From Scenedesmus sp. PABB004 (Eukaryota), in NCBI GenBank assembly GCA_014905635.1, contig JABVCE010000025.1, positions 372,001 through 436,000 of the forward strand: 64,000 nucleotides of DNA, given 5' to 3'. A program made the translations under genes and the position numbers. Shown here piece after piece: positions 12,375 through 25,174 of the stretch. How positions within the stretch are numbered: the stretch's first letter is position 1; the number at the start of each line of letters is the position of its first letter. A model generated the notes under the pieces. That model had not been told where the DNA came from, searched no databases, and saw nothing but the letters and a program-made list of their open reading frames with translations.

Positions 12375-14295
12375 ATGGCGGCGACGGCGGCGGCGGCGGC
12401 GGCGCAGCAGCAGCAGCCGGCGGCGGCCGCGCTGCCGGAGCTCGTCATCCGCGAGGGCGACCACGCCATATTCGACGAGCACGGCGAGAAGAAGTCCATC
12501 CACGTCATCACCGCGACGGGGTGCGCCGCCGCCGTCGGGCGTGCGCCGCCGCGCCGCTGCTGCGCAGCCGCCGGCGGCGCTGTCCGCGCCGCCGCGCTCA
12601 CCGCGGCGGCCGCCGCGCCGCGCCCCAGGCGCGCCAAGGTCGGCAAGTTCCACGTCCCGCTGGCGCCCCTCATCGGCGCGCCGTGGGGGTCGACCTACAA
12701 GCTCGCGGTCGACGGCAGCCGCCTCATCCCGCTCGCGCGGTGCGTGCGTGCCGCCGCGCCGCTGGCCACTGCAACGCGCCACGCCGCCGCCCACGTGCGC
12801 CGCTGCCGCCCGCGCGGGACAGGCACGAGCCCGTCATGGGGCCGGCGGTGGACGAGGTGGAGAAGGACAACAGCACGCTCGTGGACGCCAACCGCGCCAA
12901 CCAGGCGCTGAGCCAGTCCGACATCGCAGCGATGGCCGCGAGCGGCAAGGTGCGGCGGCGGGCGCAGCAGGGGGGCGCAGCGGAGGGCGGCGGCCGCGCA
13001 GCGCGCACGCGCGGCGGGCGCGCGCCCGACGACGACGCGCGGCGCCCGGCCGGCGCGCGCGCGCGCAGGGCGGCGAGGCGATCATCGCCGCGCTGTGCAG
13101 CAGCAGCGCGACGTTTGAGGGCAAGACTGAGTTTGCACAGGAGAAGTACAAGGCCCGCAAGGCCCGCAAGTACGCGACGCGCCTCACGCTGCGCCGGCCC
13201 ACGGCGTGGGGCATGTGCGAGGTGCGCGCCGCCGGCGGCGGCGGCGGCTCCCGCTGTCGCGCGGCGCTGGCAGCTGGGCAACGGCGGCGGCGGTGCGGCG
13301 GTGGCGGCGGCGGCGGCGGCGGCGGCGCGGCGTGTGCGTGCGTGCCCCCCACGCGCGGCGGCCGCGTGTGCGCCCACCCGCGTGCCCCGCGCGCCCCAGG
13401 TGATGTTTGACAAGTCGCCGGCCAACATCTGGAACCTGCGCCCCGACAGCCTTGCGCTGCTGCTCAGCCTGGCCAACGTCGGCGCGCACAGCCGCGTGCT
13501 GCTGGTCGACCACTGCGGCGGCCTGCTCGCGGCGGCGTGCGCCGAGCGCCTCGGCGGCCACGGCGCGCTCTGCTGCGTCGGCACCGCCGGCCGCATGTCG
13601 GCGCTGGGCGGGCTCAAGCAGCTCAACCTGGGCCCGCGCGAGCGCGGCGTGGTGTGCTGCGCGCAGCTGGAGGAGCTGCAGGCCGCAGCCAAGGTGAGAG
13701 GGGCGGGGGCGGCCGCAGCGGCCGCGCCGGCGCGCGGGCGCCGCGACCTGCTGCAGGCGCGAGGGGCTGCGTCCCTCACGTGCCGCGCCGCCGCCCGCCC
13801 GCAGCGCCTGGTTGAGGCCAAGCCGGCGGCGGCAGCGGAGCGGGCGCAGCAGGCGGAGGGGCAGCCGGAGCAGGCAGCAGCGGAGCAGCAGGCAGGGCAG
13901 GCGGCAGCAGCAGCAGCAGGAGAGCAGCAGGCGGGGCAGGCAGCAGCGGCGGCGGAGCAGGTGGCGGCAGCGGGTGCCGCGGCGCCCATGGCCGTGGACG
14001 CGCCGGCGGACGCGGCCGTCGCGCCCGCGCGCGTGCCAGTCGTGGCGGCCGCGGCGGTCGCGGCGGCGGCGGAGGCGCTGCCGGCGCAGGCGGATGCGGT
14101 GATGGCGGCAGAGGATGAGGGCATGGCGGCAGAGGATGAGGTGATGGCGCTCTACGATGCCATGCCCGAGGAGGAGCCCAGCGGCCAGCCCGGCAGCAGC
14201 ACGCCAGCAGCGCCGCCGGCGCCCAGCCCGAAGCGGCAGCGCCGCGGCGGCGGCGCGGCGCAGGCGGAGGCTGCGGCCGCGGCGGTCGAGGCGCC

Positions 14296-14338
<43 letters not shown>

Positions 14339-14878
14339 CAGCAGGAGCAGGAGCAGCAGCAGGACGCCATGCCGGCGGCGGGCGCGGGCGCGGAGCCTGG
14401 CCCGGCGGAGCCTGGCCCGGCGGAGGAGGGCGGCGAGGCCGGTAAGCCGCGCTACACCAAGACGCCGGAGCAGCTGGAGCGCCTGCTGGCGGGCGGGTTC
14501 ACCTCCTGCATCGTCGCCGCGCCGCGCGTGGCGACGACCGCGCTGCTCGGCGCGGTGCTGCCGCTGCTCGCGCCGTCGTGCCCCTTTGCCGTGTTCAGCC
14601 CCTGGGCGCAGCCGCTCGCCGAGGCGATGGCGGGCCTGCAGGCGAGCCGCGGCGCGGTGCTGCTGCAGCTGCAGGAGAGCTGGCTGCGGCCGTACCAGGT
14701 GCTGCCGGGGCGCACGCACCCCCACATGACCATGACGACCGGCGGCACCGGCGGCTTCGTGCTCTCCGGCATCACCGTCGCGCCGCCACCGCCGGACGAG
14801 GGTGCCGGCGGCGGCGCTGGCGGCCGCGGCGCCCGCGGCGGCGCGCGCGGGGGCAAGCGCGGGCGGCGCGCGCGGTGA
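12375..14878 (+). CDS. TRM6: tRNA m1A58 methyltransferase non-catalytic subunit (Gcd10/TRM6), spliced
   Basis: LIGAPWGSTY, DNSTLVD...NQALSQSDI, TFEGKTEFAQEKYKARKARKY, LRPDSLALLLSLANV, ESWLRPYQVLPGRTHPHM...GGFVLSG. Confidence 0.93.
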
Positions 14879-14882
14879 GACT

Positions 14883-14887
14883 TGTAA
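14883..14887 (+). terminator. Poly(A) signal TGTAA for TRM6
   Basis: TGTAA immediately after the stop codon. Confidence 0.6.
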
Positions 14888-15138
14888 CGGCGGCGCGCGC
14901 GGCGCGGGGATCTGCGACCGCGGCGCGCTCACGAGCTGCGCCCACACTCTCCACGCACCTCCGCGCGCACACGGCCGCGCCCGCGTCGCGCGCGACAGCT
15001 GCTGCCGCCCCGAGCGCATTGGCGCGCGCCGACACGCAAGGCCCCGCCGCCCCGGCAGCGGGCAATTGAGGATCAGGGACGACCTCCGCGACGCCGGCAG
15101 CGCCGCCACAGCCCGCCAGCAGCTCCCAGCGCGCCAGG

Positions 15139-17053
15139 ATGCAGTCTCGCTGCCTGCGCCCCGCGCCGGGGGCCGCCCGCCTCCCAGGCACCCGCCCAAC
15201 CGGCCGCCGCGCCGCCGCGCTGAGCTGCCGGGCAGCGGCGCAGGACCCGCTGCTGCTGCGCGTCGCGCGGGGCGAGGGTGAGCGCCGCGGCCGCCGCTGC
15301 TGCCGCGCCGCCCGCCGCGCCGCCGGCCGCGCCGCGGTCGCCGCGCCCGGCAGTGGCCGCCGCAGCCACGGCCACACCACGAGGCGCCGCCGCCGTGGCG
15401 CCGGCCGCCGCCCACGCGCCGCCGCCGCCACGCGCGTCGCGCCTCGCGCCCGCGCAGACGCGGAGCGCACGCCCGTGTGGCTCATGCGCCAGGCGGGGCG
15501 GTACATGGCCGAGTTCAGGGCCTACAGCGACAAGTACCCCTTCCGCGTGCGCAGCGAGACGCCCGACATCGCGATTGAGCTCAGCCTGCAGCCCTGGCGC
15601 GCGTTCAAGCCCGACGGCGTCATCTTCTTCAGGTGCGCCGCGGCGCTGCAGCGGCGCGCGCGGCGGGGCGGCGGGGCCGGCAGCAGCGGGCGGCAGCGCC
15701 GGCCGCGCGGCGGGTGCGGCGGTGCGGGGCGGCGGGCGGTCTGCGTCGCGGCGCGACGCTCACCCCTGCACGCCCCCCTGCCACCGCGCCGCAGCGACAT
15801 CCTGACGCCGCTGCCGGCGCTCGGCATCGAATTTGACGTCATCAAGGGCAAGGGCCCCCGCATCGAGGCGCCGCTGCGCAGCATGGAGGCGGTCAAGGCG
15901 CTGCGCCCGCTCGACGACCCCGCCGCCTCCCTGCCCTTTGTGCATGAGATCCTCTCCACCCTCAGGCGCGCCCCGGGGAGGGCCCCAGAGCTGGGCTGGG
16001 AGGCCCAGCGAGGCCACGGCCCGCGGCGGCGCGGCGGGCGCGCAGCGCAGCGCAGGCAGCGCGGCGCGCGCCGCCGCCGACGCGCGGCCGCGCGCGCCGC
16101 GCCGCGCAGGAAGGAGGTGGACGGCCAGGCGACGCTGCTGGGCTTTGTGGGCACGCCCTGGACGCTCGCGGCGTACGCGGTCGAGGGCAAGGCCGACCGC
16201 GACTGCAAGCAGACCAAGGCGCGCGGCGCGGCCGGCGGCCGGCTCGCGGCGCGGCCGGCTCGCGGCGCGGCCGGCTCGCGCGGCAGCCCTGCCGCCCCCT
16301 GTGCCCTGAACTGCCTGCCGCCGCCCACGCCCCGCAGACGCTGATGTTCAACCAGCCCGCCGTGCTGCACGCGCTGCTGGAGCACCTCACCGACGCGCTG
16401 GTCAGCTACGTGTGCTACCAGATCGACGCGGGCGCGCAGGTGGTGCAGCTCTTTGACTCCTGGGCGCACCACCTCAGCCCGCAGCAGTTTGCCGAGTTCA
16501 GCCTGCCCTACGCCAACCGCCTCACCGCCGCGGTGCGCGCCGCGCGCCCCGGCGTGCCCATCATCTTCCATGCCAACGGCGGTGAGCGGGGCGGGGGGGG
16601 CATGAACGCCGCGCGGCGCGAGCGAGAGCGGAGCGCGCCGGCGGGGGCTGCGGGGGGCGCGGCTCCTGACGCGCGCCGCGCGCGCCGCCGCCGCCGCGCG
16701 CAGGGTCGGGCAAGCTCGACGTCGTCGCCGGCAGCAACGCCGACGTGATCGGGCTGGACTGGAGCACGAGCATGGGCGCCGCGCGCGCCGCGCTCGGGGC
16801 GCACCGCGTGCAGGGCAACGCCGACCCCATGGTGCTGTTTGGCACGGAGGCGGTGATCGAGGCGGAGGTCCGCCGCGTGCTCGCCGAGGCGGGGCCGCGC
16901 GGGCACATCCTCAACGTCGGCCACGGCGTCGTGCAGGGCACGCCCGAGGAGAACGTGGGGTGGTTCTGCGAGCTCGCGCGCCGCAGCGGCGCGATCCACG
17001 CCGAGGCGGCGGCGGCCGGCGGCAAGCAGCAGCTCGTCGGCGTGGCGGCGTGA
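15139..17053 (+). CDS. hemE: Uroporphyrinogen decarboxylase, plastid-targeted, 6 exons
   Basis: Transit-peptide-like N-terminus. PVWLMRQAGRY, ELSLQPWRAF, IFFSDIL, GFVGTPWTLAAY, QLFDSWA, QGNADP, HILNVGHG. Confidence 0.97.
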
Positions 17054-17601
17054 GCGCGGCGGGGCGCGAGCGAGAGAGAGCGCGGGCGGGCGTTGGGGGA
17101 CTGGGGGAGGGGGGCTCCGCAGGAGTGGGCGCGGGGCGTGGCAACGCACTGAGTGAGCGGTCGTCGCGCTCGCGCACCGCCGCCGTCGTTCCAGCGGCGC
17201 GCCGGCGTGATGCGCCCGGCCGGCCCGCGATCTGCCGCAACCAACACCAAGTGCCAGCGCCGCCGCAGCAATGTCGCCGGGCGCGCAGCCCCCAAAGGCC
17301 CCGAGCATTAGCAGAGATGCACGCGACTCACAAAAGCTCTGGCACCGGCGGAGTTCCTCGTCTGAACAGCTGCCGACCGCGGCTGCCTGCGCGCACGCGC
17401 GCTGCGCCTCCCGGCGCCTGTGTGCGCGCGTGCCGCCAACCTAGCTGCTAGCTGCTGTACACAGCACGCGGTGGCCGACTGGCAGCCGCGCAGGGCCGGT
17501 CGCCAGCGATCCGAGGCTGGCGCCGTCCGCCGGCCGCCGCCGCCGCCGCGGGGCCGCCGCCGCGGCTCCGTCCGCGCGCCACAGCCCCGCGCGCCCGCCG
17601 C

Positions 17602-18400
17602 TCACGCGGGCAGGCCCGGGCGCTGGCGGGGGACTCGCAGGTAGTCAACCACGCGCAGCCCCTGGCTCGGGTCGTCCGCGTCGCCCGCGCCGCCCGCCCC
17701 GCCGTCGGCGTCGCCCTCGCCCTCGCCTTCGCCGCCCGCGGCGGGCACCCAGCGGCTCGGGTACGCCGCCGCGTGCGCGGGCCGGCCGCCGCCGCCGCCG
17801 CCGCCGCGCGGGCCGTGCCAGCGCGGGTCCTCGCGCCACGCGGTCGGCACGCGCTCGAGGCCGAGGGTGTAGAGCTCCAGGTCGCCGCCCGGCGTGATGT
17901 GGAGGCGCGTGAGGCCCTTGAAGTTTGCGATGCGCAGCGCGCTGAACGCCTCGTCGTAGTGCACGTGGAACCAGCAGACCGCGACGTAGAGGTACAGGCC
18001 AAACACCTGGCGGCGTGGGTGATGTCGAGCCGTGGGCGTAGGGGCGTGGGTGGGCGTGGGTGGCGCGGGGGCGTGTGGGCGTGTGTGGGCGTGGGGGCGT
18101 GTGTGGGCGTGGGGGCGTGGGGGCGTGGGTGGCTGGCGCGGCGCGGCGGCGTGCGCGGCGCGCTGCGAGGGAGAGAGAGGGAGGGAGGGAGGCGAGCGCC
18201 GCGCCGCCCACTCGTGCGACGACTCACAAAGCCCATCGCGGGTATGGCGAGCAGCCAGTAGTAGGCGAGCATGCCGCCGTAGTAGGAGAGCGCGGCGAGG
18301 CGGGAGAGGCCCGCAAACCCCGCGGCCGCGCTCGGCGCGGCGCAGACGGCGTTGCGCGAGACCGCGATCGCCTCGGGCAGGTCGTACACCGCCACTGGGA

Positions 18401-18441
<41 letters not shown>

Positions 18442-21400
18442 GGGGGAGGAGGAGGAGGGGAGGGAGGAAGGCGTGCAGGGTCGGCGGCGGCCGGCCGAGG
18501 AGGGCCCTCGCGGCGGCCGCGCGCGCGTGCAGGAGGGCCGCGGAGAGCACGGCGCGCCGAGCGCCGGCGCCGCCCCCCTGTGCCGGCGGCGCCGGGCGCG
18601 CGCGGGCGTGCGGCGTGCTCACTCGCTGCCTTGATGATGCCGGGGTAGAGGCCGAGGCTCAGCCGGTGCGCGAGCGCGCGCAGGCCGGCGGGGTCGGGAA
18701 AGTGCTGCTCCTGGTAGGCCTCAAACCAGCGGTACATGCTGTGCCGCCCCGCGTTGCCCAGCGACTCGTACCTGGGCGGCGGCGCGGCAGAGGGTGTGCG
18801 GCAGAGGGTGTGTGGCAGAGAGGCGGCGCGTCAGGGGGGGCTGGCGGCGCGGGCGCGCGCGCGGCGCGCGGTGCCGTGGCTGCAGACACACTCACTTGAT
18901 GCACACCTCCACGCCGAGCTCGAGCAGCAGCAGCAGCACGATCGCGAGGCTCAGGTGCGCGCCCGCGTGCAGCACGGCGACGAGCAGCTGCGTGCTGCTG
19001 CCGCCGGTGCGCAGCTTGACGAGCGGGCCCACCACGGGCGAGCGCCGGCGGCCGCCGCCGGCGCGGCGCCGCGCGCCGACGCCGCCGCCGGCGCCCGCGC
19101 CCGCCGCGGCGGCCGCGGCGGCCGCGAGGCTCGACTCGCGCGCGGCGCGCTGCGCGGCCTGGAGCTGCTGCCGCTCGCCGCTGACCGCGCCGACGCCGCC
19201 GCCCTTGGCGAAGCCGAGCGTGATCGCGACGAACGCGAGGGCCATGCCGAGGCTCAGGTAGCTCGTCATGACGACGTCATGCCACGCCGCACAAAACTCG
19301 GCCCCAAACGCGGCGGCAAACTCGAGCGCGCTGCCCGCGCGCAGCAGCGCGCCGCCCGCGCGGCAGCGGGGCAGGATGGAGACGATCGACAGGAAGTAGA
19401 TGGCGCCGCCGATGACGTCAAAGCGCGAGTTCTTAAACCTGGGGTTTAGGGTTTAGGGGTTGGAACGGGCGGCGGCGGGTGCGGTGCGGGCGCGGCGGCG
19501 TGCGGGCGCGGGTGAGGACGCGCGCGTGCGTGCGGCGAGGGGAGGCAGGAAGGGAGAGGCCGCGGGGACCTCTGTGCAGAGGGGGGCGGCGGCGCTGGCG
19601 CGCGCGCGGGCGCGCGCGGCGCGCCTGAAGAGGTGCAGGTTCTTGCGCCCCAGGCGCAGCGACTTGTCGGCGGGCGGGAAGAGCGCGGCGCACTTGTACA
19701 CGCCGCCGCCGTGGGGCGGCGCGCCGGCGTCGCCGGCGGCGCACGGCGCCGCGCCGGGCGCGCAGGAGGCGGCGCCCGGCTCGGCGCCCGCGCCGCCGGG
19801 CGGCGCCGAGTGCGCGTGCGCCATGCCGCCGGCGCCGCCGCCCGCCCCGAGCGCCTGCGGGGGCGGCTCCCAGGTGTCCGACGCGCCGCTGGGGCTCATG
19901 GGGCAGTGCCAGGAGAGAAGCTCGGGGTCCCAGGTGCAGCAGGACGAGTGCCGCGGACCGGGGCCGCCGCCGCCGCCGCCGCAGGGCGCGCCGCCGGTCG
20001 TGGCGGCGCGCGGCGGCGGCGGCGGCGCGCCCGACACGGGGCTGCTCGCGCCGCTGCTGCCGGACAGCGGCACCGCGGCAAGCCTGCGCAGCGCGCCGCG
20101 GGCGGCGCGCGGAGCGCGTGACGGAGCGAGCGGACGGCGGGCGCGCGCGAGCGTGAGAGGCTGCGCCGCGCCGCGCCGCGCCGCGCCGCGCCGCGCCGCG
20201 CCGCGCGCGCCCGCCCCCATGGTGGCGCGCGGTCAGCGTCGAACCAGGGGCGCGCCGCGCACCCGCCGCGGCCGCCGGCGGCGGCGGAGCTGTAGATCGC
20301 GGCCGTTGCCGCCGCGGCGTCGTCGTCGAGGCAGGCGAAGCGGCTGTAGCTGAACACGTGCGTGGGGTGCAGGAAGGCGCCACCGAGGCCGTTGACGATG
20401 AGGTGCTCCGGGTCGAGCAGCGAGTGCCCCGGCGCGCCCCCGCCCGGCTGCGCCGCCGCGCCCGGCTGGTGCTGCGCCGCTCGCTGCGCGGCGCCGCCGG
20501 GCGCGCGCGCCGCCGCCGCGGCAGCCGCCGCGGCCGCGGCGCCGAGGTCGCCCGAGCCGGCGCGCGAGGGCGCGCGCTCGACGACGAGCCGCGGCAGCGT
20601 CAGCCGCGCGCGCAGCACCGGCGACGCGCCGGCGTCGGGGTCGGGCGGCGCCGCGCCCGCGTCCGCCGCCGGCGGCGTGTGCGACAGCAGCGGCGTGTTG
20701 CAGCTGTCGATGCCGGAGCTGCTGGTGCTGCTGCTGCTGCTCAGCCGCCGCGCGCTGCCGTTGGCGTGCTGCTGCTCCTGGGGTGCCGCGCCGCCGCCCG
20801 CGCTCGCCGCCAGCAGCTCGTCGGCCGCCGCGACCTTGGCGGCCGCGGCCACACCCGCGCCGTCGCCCGGCCGAGGCGGCTGCACCGCGCCCTCCTGCAC
20901 GGCGGCCGCGGCGGCCGCCGCCGCGGCCCCGCCCGCCGCCGCGGCGCCCGGCTTCGCCGCCGCCTCTGCCGCGGCCGCGGCCGCCGCCTCGGCGCGCGCG
21001 CCGGCGGCGGCATAGCTGTGTCGCATGTAGAAGTGCAGGTCGCCCGCGAGGTGCACGCGCGCGCGGCCGCGCAGGTGCCCGCGCACGAGCTGGCGCAGGT
21101 TGCTGGAGCTCGACGCCGCCCAGAACCACTCGAGCAGCCACGTGGGCTCGTGGGTGATGATGATCACGTTGTCGCCCGGGCCCAGGCGCCGCTCGACGAC
21201 GTTGGCAAAGTACCTGGCCGGCGGCAGGGAGCGAACGGCAGGGAGCGAGCGCGCGCGCGCGCGCGCGCGGCGGGGCGGGGACGTCGGCGGCGCCGGCGGC
21301 ACCCGCCGCCCGCCGCTGGCGCGCGCGCCGCCGCAACCTCCTCCCCGGGCCGGGGCCTCCCGCGTGCGCCGCCCGCGCCGAGCGCGCCGAGCGCGCCCAG

Positions 21401-24400
21401 CGCGCCCAGCGCGCCCAGCGCGCGCGGCGCGCCCAGCGCGCGCGGTGCGCGCCTGTACTGGCACATGTCTATGTCTCCCACGAGCGCGAGGTCGAGGCCA
21501 AAGACCCACCACCCCGCGGGCAGGCGCAGCGCAAAGTAGCTCTTCTCCTGCACGGCGGCGGCGGCGGTTGGTTGGTTGGCCGCGCGGCCAGGTGAGGGCG
21601 GCGTGTGGCCGCAGGGGCGGGCGGAAAGCCGGCGCGGCGCAGTGCGGCGGCGGTGCGGGCGGGTGCGCGCCTGGGGCATGAGCCAGCCGCCGAGCCAGCC
21701 CTTGTGCATGATGTGCTTGATGAAGGTCTCTAGCCCATCAATCCCTGGCGGGCGGTGGGGGGCACGGCGGCGGCAACAGGGCAGTGAGCGGGGCAGCGCC
21801 AGGTGGTGTGGGCGGGGCGGCGGCGGGACGGCGGCGCGGGGTGGCGGCGCGCAGCGCGGCGCGGCGCGGCGGGTCCGCCGCGGCGCTCACAGTCGTGGTT
21901 GCCTGGGATGGCAAACGCGTTGGGCCCCCTGTACGCGCGCAGCGCCGCGACGCTGGCAAAGCGGCTCGACCGCGGGCTCAGCCCCGCGGGCGCCGCGCCG
22001 CCGCCGCCGCCGGCCTCCTGCACGCCAAACGCGGGCGGCAGGTCGGGCTTGTGCACCACGAGCCGCCCTGCGCAGGCGCGCGCGGGTCGGTCGGCCGGCG
22101 GGCGCGGCGGCGCGACGTCGGGCGCCCTCGGGCGTCGGTCGGTTGGCGGGTGGCGGCGCAGGCGACGCGGCGGCGCAGGTGCGTGCGCGCGCGTGCACCA
22201 GCGCCCCCTCCCCCGCCCGCGTGCGTGCAAGCACGCGCGCGCACACGCACCCGGGTGGTAGTGCGGCGGCGGCGGCATCGCCTCCTGGAAGGGAACGAAC
22301 AGCCGCGCCTCGTACGTCTCCCGGCAGGGGTTGGGGTACGCCAGGTCGCCGCCGATCAGCAGCACGTCGCCGCGCGGCAGCACGACGCACCCGCCCGGCC
22401 CGCGCGGCGCGCCCGTGCCGGGCGCGGCCGCGGCGCCGGCCGCGCCGGGCGGCAGCGTGAGCGCCGGCGCCGCGAGCGCGCGCGCGACGGCGTAGGTGGG
22501 GTTGCCGCCGTCGCCCGTGTCGGCGATAAAGTCGAGCCACAGCTCCTGGGGGGGGGGAGCACGAGCGGGTGCGGCGAGGCGGGCGGCGCGGGGGCACGCG
22601 TCGCCGTCGCGGGGAGACCGGCGTGACGTGTGCGCGCCTGCTGTTTCCGCCTGCTGCGCCGTGCCCGCGCGTCCGCGCCCGCGCGCCGCGCCGCGCCTGC
22701 TGTGTGTGCGCAAAGTGCTCATACGTGAATCCGTCGCCCTCGGCGGGCGTGTCGTTGAAGCTGTCGGCCATCGACGCCGCGGTCGCGGCCTGCGGCGCGA
22801 GCGCCGCGCGGCAGCGTGAGCGCGTGCGCGCCGCGCGCAACGCCCCCCGCACCGCCGCCGCGTGTCCGGCCGGCCCTGCCCCCGTCCCGCCCCTGCAACC
22901 GCCGCAGCGGCGCGCCGCGGCGCGCCGCGCCTGCATCGTGCGCATGTCGAAGCGCCCCAGGAAGAGCTTCAGGCTGACGGTGAGGTCAAACATGGTCTTG
23001 ATGAGGTCCGCGCTCGTCCCGCTGTACCAGGGAACCTGCGGGGACGATGATGACGCGAGGGCGGGCGGAGAGGCGCGGCGGCACATGCGGGCGGGCGGCG
23101 GCGCGGCGGGCGAGCGCGTGAGCGGGTGAGCGGGTGAGCGGGCGAGCGAGTGAGCGGGCCGACGCACGGGCGGCAGCAGCGCGCGCGGGGGCGGCACGCA
23201 CCATGTCCAGGAAGGGCGGGCTGGGGCCGCCCGGCTCCTCGGCGCGCGCGCGCGGCCGCGCCGCGGCGCCGCCGGCTGCGGGCGCGGCGGCGCGGGCGGC
23301 GCTGGCGCGGCCGCGGCCGCGCCCCGCGGCGCTGCTGCCCGCGCCGTCGTCGCCGCTCGACTCGCCGCGGCTGCGCGCGAGGGAGGCGGGGTCCGAGGGC
23401 CGGCCGGCGCCGGCGCCGCCGCCGCCGCCGCTCCGGCCCGCGGCGGACAGCTGCGCCGCCGCGGCCGCCTGCGCCGCCGCGACGGCGGCGGCGACGGGCG
23501 AGCCGCCGGCCGCGGCCGCCGCCGCGGCGGCGCTCACGGCCGCGGCGGCGACGGGCGAGTCGCCGTCGGCCGCCGCCGCCGCGAGCACGCTCTCCAGCTC
23601 CTGCAGGCGCTCCGCCGAGTCGCCGGCGCGCGGCGAGGTGAGGTTGATCAACGAGCCAAAGCCGCCAAACCCCATGCTCCGCAGCTGCCCCCCCACGCGC
23701 TGCGTCGCGGCGTCCGCAAAGGGCGTGACGCTGCCGAGGCTCGCCTCCGACCCGCGCCGCGAGCCGCGCGGCGGCAGCCCGCCGCCGCCGCCGCCGTGGC
23801 TGCTGGCCAGGCTGTGCAGCGACGACGACGAGCCCCCGAGCGCCGAGTCCGTACCGCGCGGCTTCTTCGCGCGCTGGGGCGGCGCCGCCGCCGCCGCCGC
23901 GTCCCTGCGCTCCTCGTCCTCCCTGGCCGACGGGGTGGTGCCGCCGGACGGGATGCTGCTGAGGCTCCTGCTGCGCGTGTGCTTGGCCGGCCGGTGGCCC
24001 CCGCCGGGCGGGGCGGCGGCGGCCGCCGCCGCGGCGCCCCGCTGGCCGCCGCCGCCAGCGGCGGCGGCGCCCTCCCGCGCGCCCGCCGCCGTCACCTGCC
24101 GCCGCCGGCCGCGGCCCCCGGCGCCGCCGCGGTCGGTCAGGCGCGCGCGCGCCGCCGCGAGCCCGCCGAGGCTCAACCGGCGCGCGAGGCCCTGCTGCTG
24201 CAGGCTCTGCCAGCTCGGGAAGCCGCTGGCTTCGATGCCCTCCAGCAGCGCGGCGGCCTTGAAGCTGAAGCTGCTCGTCGTCTCCAGCAGGTTGACCACC
24301 GTGCGCTCAACCATGAAGCGCGGCGACCAGGGCGGCGTGTGCTCCGCGCTCGGCCGCGACGCCTGCGGGCGCGCGGCGCAGGCGGTGCGGGCTGAGCGGG

Positions 24401-25142
24401 CGCGGCGCGGCGCGTTCTTGGGCGCGGCGGCGGCGGCAGCGGCCTACCTCGAGGCTCCTGCTGCGCTTGGCCTGGCCGAGCCGGCTGCCCGCGGGCCGCC
24501 CGCGCGCGTCGCTCTCGTGCCGTTGCGCCGCGTGGCGCTGCTGCTGCGCGGCCGCGAGCTGCTTGGCGCCGTGCCTGCGGGCAGCGCCGGCGCGCGCGTC
24601 GGCGGCGCGGCCCGGCGCAGCCGGGGCGGGGTCCGCGCGGCCGCCCGCCGCGCCGCCGCGCCGCACTTGAGCGACGCGCCGGCGGCCATGGAGAGGGCGG
24701 CCAGCAGGGCCAGGTCGGGGTCCTCCACGTCCCGCCGCAGCTCGCTGATGTGCCGCGCGCTCATGTCGCTCGCGGCGGCGTGGTCGACGAGCACGTTGAC
24801 TGCGGCGGGCCGGCGGCGGCGCGGCGCGCTGTTTAATGCCGCGGCGGCGCCGCGCGGCGCTGCAGTCCCGTGCCCTGCCTGGCCGCGCTGGTGCGCGCCG
24901 CGCGCGTCGGCTCACTGATGTAGAGCGCGACGAGCGTGACCCAGAGCGTGAACACGGGGCTGATCACGCTGCCGTCCTCGGGCCCGCCGCCGCCGGCCGG
25001 CAGCGGCGCCACGAGGCCCGCGAGGCCGCTCGCGTTGAGCGGCAGCGCCAGCGCCGCCGCCGCGGGCGCGCGCGCGCACGCGGGCGGCGGCGGCGGCGGC
25101 GCGCCGAAGAGGCGCAGGCCCGGCAGCTCGCCGCGCAGCAGC

Positions 25143-25174
<32 letters not shown>

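Noticed and set aside
14297..14362. (CAG)n repeat
   Set aside because: This is an ordinary poly-Gln tract within the disordered region of TRM6.
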